The notes beneath the pieces were generated by a model that saw nothing but the letters and a program-made list of their open reading frames with translations, did no database searches and had not been told where the DNA came from. Shown piece by piece: positions 16,836 through 26,173 of a DNA stretch of 46,857 nt (position 1 is the first letter of the stretch; each line of letters opens with the position of its first letter). Source of the DNA: Kiritimatiellia bacterium (GTDB lineage Bacteria > Verrucomicrobiota > Kiritimatiellia > CAIKKV01 > CAITUY01); assembly GCA_044344495.1 (NCBI GenBank), contig JBIJCW010000001.1, positions 1 to 46,857 of the forward strand, written 5' to 3'. A program made the position numbers and the translations under genes.

Positions 16836-17315
16836 ATGGACGAACTTCTCAAACTATTGCGCCATAACGCATTGGAATCCCCCAGGAATCTCGCGCGCAT
16901 GTTGAACATCCCTGAAGCCCAGGTCAGGGCCAAAATCACCAACTACGAGAAAACCGGCGTAATCCGCGGCTATCAGGCCATCGTCAACACCGATCAACTT
17001 AAGACCGATATCGTCCGCGCGGTCATCGAAATCAAGGTGACACCCGAACGGGAAGGCGGATTCAACCGGGTCGCCGAACGTATCAGCAAGTTCAGCGAGG
17101 TGGAATCACTCCACCTCATGTCCGGCACCTACGACCTCATGGCCGTCGTGGTCGGCAAGGATCTCAGGGAAGTGGCGTTCTTCGTCAGCGATAAACTGGC
17201 CACCATCAATGGCATCATTTCCACCGCCACCCATTTCATGTTGAAAACCTACAAGAGCCACGGCGTCCTGATGGAAGGGGAGAAAGTTGATGAGCGTCTC
17301 AAAGTCTCGCCATAA
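16836..17315 (+). CDS. Lrp/AsnC-family transcriptional regulator
   Basis: An N-terminal HTH (LLKLLRHNALESPRNLARMLNIPEAQVRAKI...EKTGVIRGY) is followed by a RAM/AsnC_trans_reg domain. Confidence 0.85.
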   Translation: MDELLKLLRHNALESPRNLARMLNIPEAQVRAKITNYEKTGVIRGYQAIVNTDQLKTDIVRAVIEIKVTPEREGGFNRVAERISKFSEVESLHLMSGTYDLMAVVVGKDLREVAFFVSDKLATINGIISTATHFMLKTYKSHGVLMEGEKVDERLKVSP

Positions 17316-18504
17316 AACCGCTGCCGTCGGGCAACCTGTCCCGAGCTTCGTCGCCAGTTACCTGCGGGATATCCCCCGTTCGGGCATTCGTGATTTTTTC
17401 GACATCGTCAGTTCCCGCAAGGACGTGATCAGCCTCGGCATCGGTGAACCCGATTTCGTGACCCCGTGGCATATCCGCGAGCAGGCCATTTTCGCGCTCG
17501 ACCGCGGCGCCACCACCTACACCTCCAACCGCGGCCTGCTTGAACTGCGCCGCGCCATCGCCGGCTATCTGAGCCCTGCGTTCGGCGTCGACTATAATCC
17601 CGAAACCGAGATCCTGATCACCGTCGGCGTCAGCGAAGCCCTCGACCTTGCCATCCGCGCCGTCGTGGAACCGGGCGACGAAGTCCTCTACCACGAGCCC
17701 TGCTTTGTCTCCTATGCCCCCGAAATCCGGTTCGCCCATGGCATCCCCGTCCCGGTGAACACCCGGAAGGAAAATGATTTCCGCCTGACCCGCGCCATGC
17801 TGGAGGAGAAAGTCTCCCCGAAAACCAAGGCGCTGATCATCAACTTCCCAACCAACCCCACCGGCGCCACTCTCACCCGGGCCGACGTCGAGGACATCGC
17901 CGCCTTCGCCAAGGCCCACAACATCCTCGTCATCACCGATGAGATCTACTCCGAACTGACCTATGGAAGCGAACGCCTCAGCATCGCCGCCATCCCGGGC
18001 ATGAAGGAGCGCACCATTTTCCTGCACGGCTTCTCCAAGGGATGGGCCATGACCGGATTCCGCCTCGGCTACGCCTGCGCCCCGGAGGAACTGAGCGAAG
18101 CCATGATGAAAATCCACCAGTACATCATGATGTGCGCCCCCATTCTCAGCCAGAAGGCCGCCATCGAGGCGCTTTCATCCGGAGTCGACACCGAGGAAAT
18201 GCGCTCCGCCTACGAAAAACGCCGGAATTTCATCTGTGCCGCCCTGAACGACATGGGGCTCCCCTGTCATGTCCCCAAGGGCGCTTTCTATGTCTTCCCC
18301 TATGTCGGCCACCTCGGCATGACATCCAAGGATTTCGCCCTCCGGCTGCTTGATGAAGAAAACGTGGCTTGTGTCCCCGGAAGTGCCTTCGGCTCCTGCG
18401 GTGAGGGATTCCTCCGCTGCGCCTACGCCACCGATATCGAAGCCATCAAGGAAGCCACCCTGCGGATGGCAAGGTTTGTCGAACGCCTCCGCAAACGCAA
18501 ATAG
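17290..18504 (+). CDS. Class I/II pyridoxal-phosphate-dependent aminotransferase (aspartate/aromatic type)
   Basis: The motifs are IRDF, ISLGIGEPDF.TP, YT.N.GL.ELR.AI, NPTGA and SFSK..AMTG.R.GY (the PLP lysine). The gene overlaps the 3' end of the Lrp gene by 26 nt. Confidence 0.85.
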   Translation: MSVSKSRHKTAAVGQPVPSFVASYLRDIPRSGIRDFFDIVSSRKDVISLGIGEPDFVTPWHIREQAIFALDRGATTYTSNRGLLELRRAIAGYLSPAFGVDYNPETEILITVGVSEALDLAIRAVVEPGDEVLYHEPCFVSYAPEIRFAHGIPVPVNTRKENDFRLTRAMLEEKVSPKTKALIINFPTNPTGATLTRADVEDIAAFAKAHNILVITDEIYSELTYGSERLSIAAIPGMKERTIFLHGFSKGWAMTGFRLGYACAPEELSEAMMKIHQYIMMCAPILSQKAAIEALSSGVDTEEMRSAYEKRRNFICAALNDMGLPCHVPKGAFYVFPYVGHLGMTSKDFALRLLDEENVACVPGSAFGSCGEGFLRCAYATDIEAIKEATLRMARFVERLRKRK

Positions 18505-18509
18505 GCGGG

Positions 18510-19346
18510 TTACGGAATCGTCTTCTTGGTCAGTTTGACCAACGTCTTCCATAACTTCTCGGGCGTTTCCTCCGCAACCAGCGCCTTGCGCGCCTCCGCG
18601 TCGGAAAATGTCTCGGCCAACCCTGCCAGCAACTTGAGATAGAAGGCACTGGCTGCCGTGGGAATAACCATGAAGAAAACAATGCGCGTCATTGTCTTGT
18701 CATGCCCGTCAAACTTGATCCCTTTGCCGCTGATACCCAAACCCAGCGTCAACCCCCCGCCCTCAACCCCCCGCACGTGCGGGAACGCCAGACCATGATC
18801 CACCGCCGTGCTGACAATCGCCTCCCGCTTCAATGCCGCCTCCACCAGTTTGGCGGCATCATCCACGTACCCCTGTTCCTGCATCTTCGCGGCCATTTCC
18901 AGAATGGCCTCTTCACGGGTCCCGGCTTCCAACTTGGGAATCATCAGGCTCGGGGCCGAAAACCGTGCGATCCCCACCTTGCGCGGATCCCCCCGCCGCG
19001 GCGCCGCTCCCACATGACGGGGCAGCCCTTCCTGAAAGTAGAGAATGCGCGTGCAAATCGGACACACCTGGAGATAATCGGAAACCTTGACCGACTGGAC
19101 CAGACTGGTCGGAATCCTCATCCCGCATCCCGTGCAGGTTCCATTGGCCATCGGCACCGTCATGATCGCGTCACGCTTCTGCATGCGCGTCACCAGCCCT
19201 TGGACATCCATCGGCAACTGTTCTGTCAGACTCTTGATCGACGCTTCCAACTCATCCAGCCGGTGACCATGCCGGTGCGCCTTTTGCTCCATGCGAATGA
19301 GGCTTAATTCCTGCAACTGAATCAAGTGGTTAATCTTCGGATGCAT
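18510..19346 (-). CDS. Fusion protein: N-terminal coiled coil plus C4 zinc ribbon (zf-RING_7/DUF164-like), C-terminal PTS EIIA type-2 (PtsN-like) domain
   Basis: The N-terminus has CTGCGMRIP....V......LQVCPICTRILY, as in DUF164 C-termini. The C-terminus has the EIIA-2 pattern ...EEAI.EMA..M...GYV.D......A...RE...STA...GLAFPHVRG.....L.LG.S..GI.F......T.IVF....P. Confidence 0.7.
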   Translation of the reverse strand: MHPKINHLIQLQELSLIRMEQKAHRHGHRLDELEASIKSLTEQLPMDVQGLVTRMQKRDAIMTVPMANGTCTGCGMRIPTSLVQSVKVSDYLQVCPICTRILYFQEGLPRHVGAAPRRGDPRKVGIARFSAPSLMIPKLEAGTREEAILEMAAKMQEQGYVDDAAKLVEAALKREAIVSTAVDHGLAFPHVRGVEGGGLTLGLGISGKGIKFDGHDKTMTRIVFFMVIPTAASAFYLKLLAGLAETFSDAEARKALVAEETPEKLWKTLVKLTKKTIP

Positions 19347-19424
19347 AACCTGATATCCTTTCGAAAATAGTCACCACCGGTCATCCAGCAGCGCCGCCCC
19401 GTTCAACAACGGCCCCGAAAAAAG

Positions 19425-19501
19425 TGGCGTACCTGGCTGGAGTTGAACCAGCAACCTTCTGATCCGTAGTCAGATGCTCTGTCCAATTGAGCTACAGGTA
19501 C
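19425..19501 (-). tRNA. tRNA-Arg (anticodon ACG), CCA encoded
   Basis: The cloverleaf was folded by hand. Acceptor GTACCTG/CAGGTAC, D stem GCTC/GAGC, anticodon stem TCTGA/TCAGA with loop CTACGGA, T arm GCTGG-TTCAACT-CCAGC, discriminator G, then CCA. Total length is 77 nt. Confidence 0.9.
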
Positions 19502-19600
19502 GCATTGAAATCAACGGGCAGAGAACTATACGGTGCCGGACTAGTTTTTGCAACACCCATCCGAGAATTTTTTGCTAGGATTTACGCAAAGGAGATCGCC

Positions 19601-20623
19601 ATGCCGGAAATCACAGACGATATTGAAGCCATTCGCAGGAATTTCGGGGCTAACTTGCTGATCCTGGGCCATCAGTACCAAAGCCCCTCCGTCCTTCGCC
19701 ATGCCGACGTAATCGGCGACTCGCTGGAATTGGCCCGCAAAGCCGCCGCCAGCACCGCCGAACGCATTGTGTTTTGCGGTGTCCATTTCATGGCGGAATC
19801 CGCCGACATCCTCACCGGCCCCCGCCAGTCTGTCTTTATGCCGGAAACCGCAGCCGGTTGCCCCATGGCCGATATGGCCGACTCCTATACCGTCGATAAG
19901 GCCTGGTCATTCCTCCAACAGCACGGGGGCGGATGGCTTCCTGTCGTCTACGTCAACAGCACCGCCCGCGTCAAGGCCTTCTGCGGCCGTAACGGTGGCA
20001 GCGCCTGCACCTCCAGTAACGCCCCCAAGGTCTTTCAATGGGCATTGGACCAGCAGAGGAAAATCTTCTTCCTGCCCGACATCCACCTCGGCGCCAACAG
20101 CGCACACGACCTCGGCATCCCGGACGAACAGGTCGTCATCTATGATTACCGCCAGCCCAACGGCGGCCTGACCCCCGCCGATCTCGAACGCGCCCGCGTC
20201 ATCGTCTGGGGCGGATTCTGTCCCATTCATGTCAATTTCACCGTCGCCGACGTCCAGACCATCCGCACCAACCTGCCCGCCGCCAGGATTATCGTCCACC
20301 CGGAATCCCCCAAGGAAGTGGTGCGCCTCGCCGACGCCCACGGTTCCACCGCCCAGATCATCAACTACGTCCGTAACGCCCCCGACGGATCCACCATCGT
20401 CATCGGCACGGAATCCCAACTCGTCAAACGCCTTGCCCTCGAACACAAGGATCGCCTGACCATTATGATGCTGCGCGGTTCGTTCTGCCCGAACATGGCC
20501 AAGACCAATGAGCAGAACCTCCTGCGGGTGCTCCGTGAATGGCCGGACCGGAACCGGATCACCGTACCCCCCGCCCTGGCCGCCGAAGCCCGCCTCTGCC
20601 TGGAACGAATGCTCGCACTGTGA
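19601..20623 (+). CDS. nadA: Quinolinate synthase
   Basis: The motifs are ILGH.YQ, GDSL.LA, VHFM.ES, CPMA, YVNS and HPE.P, with Cys ligands present. The ATG at 19601 is preceded by AAGGAG. Confidence 0.85.
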   Translation: MPEITDDIEAIRRNFGANLLILGHQYQSPSVLRHADVIGDSLELARKAAASTAERIVFCGVHFMAESADILTGPRQSVFMPETAAGCPMADMADSYTVDKAWSFLQQHGGGWLPVVYVNSTARVKAFCGRNGGSACTSSNAPKVFQWALDQQRKIFFLPDIHLGANSAHDLGIPDEQVVIYDYRQPNGGLTPADLERARVIVWGGFCPIHVNFTVADVQTIRTNLPAARIIVHPESPKEVVRLADAHGSTAQIINYVRNAPDGSTIVIGTESQLVKRLALEHKDRLTIMMLRGSFCPNMAKTNEQNLLRVLREWPDRNRITVPPALAAEARLCLERMLAL

Positions 20624-22662
20624 ACTTCAAACTCCATTCCCCCTACCAACCCACCGGCGATCAACCGCAGGCCATCGCAGCCCTCTGCCGCGGCCTGGCC
20701 ACCCCCACACCCGATAACCGGTTCCAGATCCTGGAAGGCGTCACCGGCTCTGGCAAAACCTTCACCATCGCCAACGTCATCGCCCGCCACGGCAAACCCG
20801 CCCTGATCGTCTCCCACAACAAAACCCTCGCCGCCCAATTGTACTCGGAACTGAAAATATTCTTCCCCGACAACGCCGTGGAGTACTTCGTCAGTTATTA
20901 CGACTACTACCAGCCCGAGGCCTATATCCCGCAGACGGACACCTATATCGAGAAGGACGCCTCCATCAACAAGGAGATCGAACGCCTCCGCCTTTCCGCC
21001 ACCAATTCGCTCCTCTCCCGCGACGACGTCATCATCGTGGCCTCCGTCTCCTGCATCTACGGCCTCGGATCCCCCGAGGACTACCGTACCATGGTCGTGG
21101 CCATCAATCCCGGCGACACCGTCGACCGCGACGAATTGCTGCATAAACTGGTGACCATCCAGTACACCCGCAACGACTACTCGCCGGAACCCGGCACCTT
21201 CCGCGTCCGCGGCGATACCGTCGACGTCTTTCCCTCCTACGCCACCCAGGGGGTGCGTCTGGAGTTCTTCGGCGACCAACTCGACCAGGCCCTGACCTTC
21301 GACGTCGTCAGCGGCCGCACCGAAAGCCGGCTCGACCGCGTCATCATCTCGCCCGCCACGCACTTCGTCATGCCCTATGAGAAAATCGAGGGCGCCATCA
21401 CCGCCATCATCGCCGAGATGGAGGAGCGCGTCCGCTGGTTCGAAACCAACGGCAAACTCCTGGAAGCCCAGCGCATCAAAATGCGAACCATGTACGATAT
21501 GGAGATGCTTAAGGAAATCGGCTACTGCTCCGGCATCGAAAACTACGCGCGCCACCTGGGCGGACGCCCCCCCGGCGCCCAGCCGGCTACCCTCCTTAGC
21601 TACTTCCCCGGAGAATTCCTGACCGTCATCGATGAGTCCCATGTCACCATCCCCCAACTCCGCGCCATGTATAACGGCGACCAGGCCCGTAAATCGGTCC
21701 TCGTCGAGCACGGCTTCCGCCTCCCCTCCGCCCGTGACAACCGTCCCCTGAATTTCGACGAATTCATGAACACCGTCGGCCGCGTGATCTTCACTTCCGC
21801 CACCCCGGGCCCCTATGAGCGCCAAATCGCCCCGCCACCCATCCCCCAACTCATCCGCCCCACCGGCATCGTGGATCCACCCGTCCATGTCCGCCCACTG
21901 AAAAACCAGGTGGACGATGTCATGGAGGAAATCCGCGCCCATGCCGAACGCGGAGAGCGGGTCCTGGTCACCACCCTCACCAAACGCACCGCCGAGGATC
22001 TCGCGGACTACCTCAAGTCACTCGGCCTCAAGGCACGCTACCTGCATGCCGACATCGACGCCATCCAGCGCGTGGAAATCCTCCGGAGCCTCCGCAAGGC
22101 CGACTTCGACTGCCTGATCGGCATCAACCTCCTCCGCGAAGGACTCGACCTCCCCGAAGTCTCCCTCGTGGCCGTGCTCGACGCCGATAAGGAGGGATTC
22201 CTCCGCTCGGAGACCTCGCTCATCCAGACCGCCGGCCGCGCCGCCCGACACCTGGACGGCAAGGTCATCCTCTATGCCGACCAGATGACCGACTCCATGC
22301 GCCGCATGATCGATGTCACCCGTCAACGCCGGACCAAACAACTGGAGTACAACAAGCAACACCACATCACCCCGAAGGGTATCCAGAAGAGCATCCAGGA
22401 AAGCCTGGTCGCCGAAGTCAAGGGTCACGAGATCGAGGACCGCGTCGCCCGCGAAGGCGGCGCCGACTACGATGTCCACGCCACCTTGCGGGAAATGGAG
22501 ACCGAGATGGTGGAGGCCGCTGACTCGCTGGAATTCGAACGCGCCGCCCTCCTCCGCGACCAGATCAAGGAACTCCGCCTGGCCTCCGGCATCAAGGGTG
22601 ACGAACCCCCTGCCTCCACCACCCCCGGAAAAACCAGGAAAACGAAAAAGTTCCGGTATTAA
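20620..22662 (+). CDS. uvrB: Excinuclease ABC subunit B
   Basis: The sequence reads FKLHSPYQPTGDQPQAI..L, GVTGSGKTFT, YYDYYQPEAY, DESHVT, LLREGLD.PEV and the C-terminal UVR motif LEFE.AA.LRDQI. The GTG start at 20620 overlaps the nadA stop as GTGA. Confidence 0.95.
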   Translation: MNFKLHSPYQPTGDQPQAIAALCRGLATPTPDNRFQILEGVTGSGKTFTIANVIARHGKPALIVSHNKTLAAQLYSELKIFFPDNAVEYFVSYYDYYQPEAYIPQTDTYIEKDASINKEIERLRLSATNSLLSRDDVIIVASVSCIYGLGSPEDYRTMVVAINPGDTVDRDELLHKLVTIQYTRNDYSPEPGTFRVRGDTVDVFPSYATQGVRLEFFGDQLDQALTFDVVSGRTESRLDRVIISPATHFVMPYEKIEGAITAIIAEMEERVRWFETNGKLLEAQRIKMRTMYDMEMLKEIGYCSGIENYARHLGGRPPGAQPATLLSYFPGEFLTVIDESHVTIPQLRAMYNGDQARKSVLVEHGFRLPSARDNRPLNFDEFMNTVGRVIFTSATPGPYERQIAPPPIPQLIRPTGIVDPPVHVRPLKNQVDDVMEEIRAHAERGERVLVTTLTKRTAEDLADYLKSLGLKARYLHADIDAIQRVEILRSLRKADFDCLIGINLLREGLDLPEVSLVAVLDADKEGFLRSETSLIQTAGRAARHLDGKVILYADQMTDSMRRMIDVTRQRRTKQLEYNKQHHITPKGIQKSIQESLVAEVKGHEIEDRVAREGGADYDVHATLREMETEMVEAADSLEFERAALLRDQIKELRLASGIKGDEPPASTTPGKTRKTKKFRY

Positions 22663-22712
22663 TCCAACCTCACAGTTTCCTGTACTCGCCAGCGCGGCAA
22701 CGCTTCGCTAGG

Positions 22713-23735
22713 ATGAACGACATGTCCATTCAAGCCAATCCCCAGGAACCCGACTTCACCCACCTGACACCCGACGCCGTCATCAATGCCGTCGAAGAGG
22801 CCCTGGGCCTGCGCTGCTCCAATCTCTGCCGCCCCCTCAATAGTTACATCAACCGCGTCTACGAGGTGGGCCTCGACGCCGGCGGCCCTCTCATCGCCAA
22901 GTTCTACCGACCCGGCCGATGGACCCGCGACGCCCTGCAGGATGAACTCGACTTCCTCCAGGAACTGCACGCCGCCGAAGTGCCCGTCGTCCCTCCCCTC
23001 CCCGCCCCGGACGGTTCCCTGCTCCATCAGTGGGGCGGCACCTGGTTTGCCGTCTTCCCCAAGAAGGGCGGCCGCCCGTTGGATGAACCCACCCCGGAGG
23101 ACTGGCGCCAACTCGGCCGCCTCATCGCCCGCATGCACACCGTCGGCGCCACCCACCTCCCCCGCGCCCGCCTCCACCTGCACCCGCGGACATCCACCCT
23201 GGCCCACCTCGACTATATCCTCCGCTCCGGCACCCTCCCCGACCGCCTGAAGCGCTCCTACGAGGAAACCGTCCTGAACCTGATCAACCAGATCGCCCCG
23301 CTGTTCAACGACATCCCCACCCTCCGCCTGCACGCCGACTGCCACCGGGGCAACATCCTCTTCCGCCCCGGCGAGGGCTATCACCTGCTGGATTTCGACG
23401 ACATGGCCGTCGGCCCCGCCGTCCAGGACCTGTGGCTGATGCTGCCGGACCGCCTCCCCAACGCCCGCCCGGAATTGGATCTGCTCCTCGACGGCTACGA
23501 AACCTTCATGGAATTCCCCTACCCTTCCCTCGCCCTGATCGAACCCCTGCGCGCCATGCGCTTCATCCACTTTACCGCCTGGTGTGCACGCCAGAAGGCC
23601 GACGGCGGGTTCGCCCGCCTTTCCCCGGACTGGGGCAGCCAGGAATTCTGGCGACAGGAAATCGCCGCCCTGGACCGGCAACTCCACGAAATCGCCACTC
23701 CCTCAACCCACACCGAATCGTCCGGATTGGATTGA
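22713..23735 (+). CDS. Stress-response kinase A-like Ser/Thr kinase (SrkA/YihE, APH fold)
   Basis: The sequence reads LNSYINRVYEV, KFYRPGRW, E..F..EL, the catalytic loop HADCHRGNIL, and DFDD. An alternative start is the ATG at 22722. Confidence 0.8.
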   Translation: MNDMSIQANPQEPDFTHLTPDAVINAVEEALGLRCSNLCRPLNSYINRVYEVGLDAGGPLIAKFYRPGRWTRDALQDELDFLQELHAAEVPVVPPLPAPDGSLLHQWGGTWFAVFPKKGGRPLDEPTPEDWRQLGRLIARMHTVGATHLPRARLHLHPRTSTLAHLDYILRSGTLPDRLKRSYEETVLNLINQIAPLFNDIPTLRLHADCHRGNILFRPGEGYHLLDFDDMAVGPAVQDLWLMLPDRLPNARPELDLLLDGYETFMEFPYPSLALIEPLRAMRFIHFTAWCARQKADGGFARLSPDWGSQEFWRQEIAALDRQLHEIATPSTHTESSGLD

Positions 23736-23767
23736 CAACCCCGTACGGCATGGTTTGATACGCGGCA

Positions 23768-26173
23768 ATGGCAACACCAACAAGGCATACCCACCTTCCG
23801 TACCTGCTGGTCGCGGCGGCATTGATGGCCGTCGCGGCTGCCGTTTTCCCCTGGGACGGTGCCGTCGCCTCCGCCGTCCGCACCTTCTCCCATCGCGTGG
23901 GCGCCCGCTATTTTACCCAGGAAATCCTCGACTTCATCCGCCCCTTCGGCAAGGGCGAGGTCGCCCTGCTGATCGCACTGGCCGTAGGCGTGTGCGGCCG
24001 CCGCCAGCGCGCCGGACAGATGATCCTGGCCCTGCTCCTGGTCAGCATCCTCATCTGGCCGATCAAACTGACCGTCGGTCGCGAGCGCCCGAACCGCTCC
24101 AACACCGAGTCCTTTCCCAGTGGCGATACCGCCACCATCGCCGCGCTTTGCATTCCGTGGGCTGCCGCCTCCCCCTGGGGCGCCCTCCTTGGCGCCGCCG
24201 CCACCGGCAGCGTTGCCGCCGGCCGGATCTATGACGGAAAACACTTCCCCTCCGATGTCCTCACCGGCGCCGCCTGCGGCATTCTCGCCGGCGGAATCGC
24301 CATCGCCCTGCTCCGCCGCCGCCCCCTGCGCCTGCGCCGCCAATGGTTCCTGCTCGCCATCCCCGCCGTCCTCGCCGTTGACCTCATCAAACTCCCCTGG
24401 TCCAGGGCACTCCCCTATGCCCTCGACTACCTGTCCATCTGGGGCCCCCTCTTCCTCTTCCTTTGCTTCGCACGCCTGTGGCCTGCCTGGAATCGGCTCC
24501 AGCAGCACCGGCACCGCTCCCTGCGTCATCCAGCCATCCTGGCATCAATCGTGGCACTCCTCCTCTGGGTTTACTTTCCCCTGACCGTCTCCTCGACCCT
24601 CTGGGATCGCGATGAGCCGCGCTTCTCCCGCGCCACAGTGGAAATGGTGCAATCCGGCAACTATCTCTACCCCACCTTCAACGGCCAACTTCGTCCGGAT
24701 AAACCCATCCTGATCTACTGGCTCATGTCCGGGCCCGTGCGCCTGTTCGGCCCCTCGGAGTTTTCCTGCCGCCTGGTCGCCCCCCTCGCCACGGCCGCCA
24801 CCGGCCTGATGACCGCCTGGGCCGCCACACTGCTCGCCGGACCCGGCGCGGGCCTCCTGGCCTTCACATTCCTGGCCCTCTCACCCCTGATGACCGTCAG
24901 CGGAACCGCGGCCACCACCGATGCCCTGTTGCTCATGTGCATCACCGCCGCCATCTGCTCCTTCCTGCTCTCCTGGCGCCGTGGCTTCCATCCCGTACAC
25001 GCCCTCCTCATGACCCTGGCACTCGCCGCCGCCCTGCTGACCAAAGGCCCGGTCGGCCTGGTCGTTCCGCTACTGGTCATTCCCGTCACCCTCCTTGTGC
25101 TGGGCCGCGGCGCCTTGCGTCCACTCCCCTATCTGGGCTGGCTGCTGGGCTCCGTGCTCGTCGCCTCCGCCCTGTTCCTGGCCTGGGGTATCCCCGCCAA
25201 CCAAGCCACAAACGGCGAGTATCTCGCCAAAGGTATCGGCCATCACGTCGTCGCCCGCTCCCTGAACCCGCTGGAAAGCCATGGCGGCAAGTCTTTCCTG
25301 TTCTTCTTCTCCTACCTGCCGGTCATCGTGTTCGCCTTCTTCCCCTGGACCCTATACCTCCCGATGGCCTTCACGAAAACGCTTTCACCCGCCGAGGCTT
25401 CAACCACCATCCCGGCCCGCCGCCTCATTCTCTGCTGGGCGCTGCCGGTCATCCTCCTGATGAGTGCCGTGGCCACCAAGTTGCCGCATTACATCCTCCC
25501 CGCCTTCCCCGCCCTCGCCATCGCCGCCGCCATCGGCGTCCTGCGCTTCCGCCAGGCCGGCCCGCCACGTCGCCCCACCGGTCCCGCCGCCTTGACCGGC
25601 CTTATCCTGTTTGTCTTCGTGGGCACCGCCCTGGGTATGGCACTAACCGTGGCCCCGTGGTTCCTCCCCGTCTTCGGGCTCCGCGTCCCCGCCACCGGAC
25701 TGGGACTCCTCTTCCTCGCCATCACCCTGGCCGGCGCCCATTACTTCCGCAAGGGCCGCCATAACGACACCGTGGCCGTCCTGATCACAGGCATGGTTTT
25801 AGTCCTGCTCTCCGCCGCCCTTTTCCTTCTTCCCGCCATCGAATCATTCAAACTCTCCCCCCGCCTGGCCGATTGTATTGAAACCCTGACCCCTCCCTCC
25901 GTTCCGGTGGCCACTTGCGGCTACGGCGAACCCAGCCTGAACTTCTACCTGAACCGGGGCCCCATCGAATCCCTGGACGACAGTCAACTGGCCCACTGGG
26001 CGGCCCGGCGCAACCCCGGTCTCCTGGTCATCACCCGCCCAAAACTCAAAAAATACCACCATCTCTTCGAGCGGAATCACCTGCACGAAGTGGAACGCCT
26101 GCGCGGATTCAACTATTCCCAGGGAAAATGGGTGACCGTCTTTCTGGTCACACGGGAGCAACGGCATGACTGA
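23768..26173 (+). CDS. Fusion protein: N-terminal PAP2 lipid phosphatase domain plus C-terminal GT-C glycosyltransferase (GT39/ArnT-like, PMT_2)
   Basis: The PAP2 motifs are KLTVGRERP (C1), PSGD (C2, His replaced by Asp) and GRIYDGKHFPSD (C3). From about residue 270 the ArnT/PMT-type start appears: LWDRDEPRFSRATVEMVQSGNYLYPTFNG.LRPDKPILIYWLM. Many TM helices follow. Confidence 0.8.
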   Translation: MATPTRHTHLPYLLVAAALMAVAAAVFPWDGAVASAVRTFSHRVGARYFTQEILDFIRPFGKGEVALLIALAVGVCGRRQRAGQMILALLLVSILIWPIKLTVGRERPNRSNTESFPSGDTATIAALCIPWAAASPWGALLGAAATGSVAAGRIYDGKHFPSDVLTGAACGILAGGIAIALLRRRPLRLRRQWFLLAIPAVLAVDLIKLPWSRALPYALDYLSIWGPLFLFLCFARLWPAWNRLQQHRHRSLRHPAILASIVALLLWVYFPLTVSSTLWDRDEPRFSRATVEMVQSGNYLYPTFNGQLRPDKPILIYWLMSGPVRLFGPSEFSCRLVAPLATAATGLMTAWAATLLAGPGAGLLAFTFLALSPLMTVSGTAATTDALLLMCITAAICSFLLSWRRGFHPVHALLMTLALAAALLTKGPVGLVVPLLVIPVTLLVLGRGALRPLPYLGWLLGSVLVASALFLAWGIPANQATNGEYLAKGIGHHVVARSLNPLESHGGKSFLFFFSYLPVIVFAFFPWTLYLPMAFTKTLSPAEASTTIPARRLILCWALPVILLMSAVATKLPHYILPAFPALAIAAAIGVLRFRQAGPPRRPTGPAALTGLILFVFVGTALGMALTVAPWFLPVFGLRVPATGLGLLFLAITLAGAHYFRKGRHNDTVAVLITGMVLVLLSAALFLLPAIESFKLSPRLADCIETLTPPSVPVATCGYGEPSLNFYLNRGPIESLDDSQLAHWAARRNPGLLVITRPKLKKYHHLFERNHLHEVERLRGFNYSQGKWVTVFLVTREQRHD

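Noticed and set aside
19381-19424. A possible terminator hairpin downstream of tRNA-Arg.
   Set aside because: A T-run follows the CCA end on the minus strand, but I could not find a convincing complementary stem next to it.
20365-21942. A 525-aa minus-strand ORF across the nadA 3' end and the uvrB 5' half. The 437-aa + strand ORF at 44824..46137 opposite ppk1 is a similar case.
   Set aside because: Both are antisense to highly conserved uvrB and ppk1 sequence and have Gly/Asp/Ala/Val-rich low-complexity products, so they are shadow ORFs.
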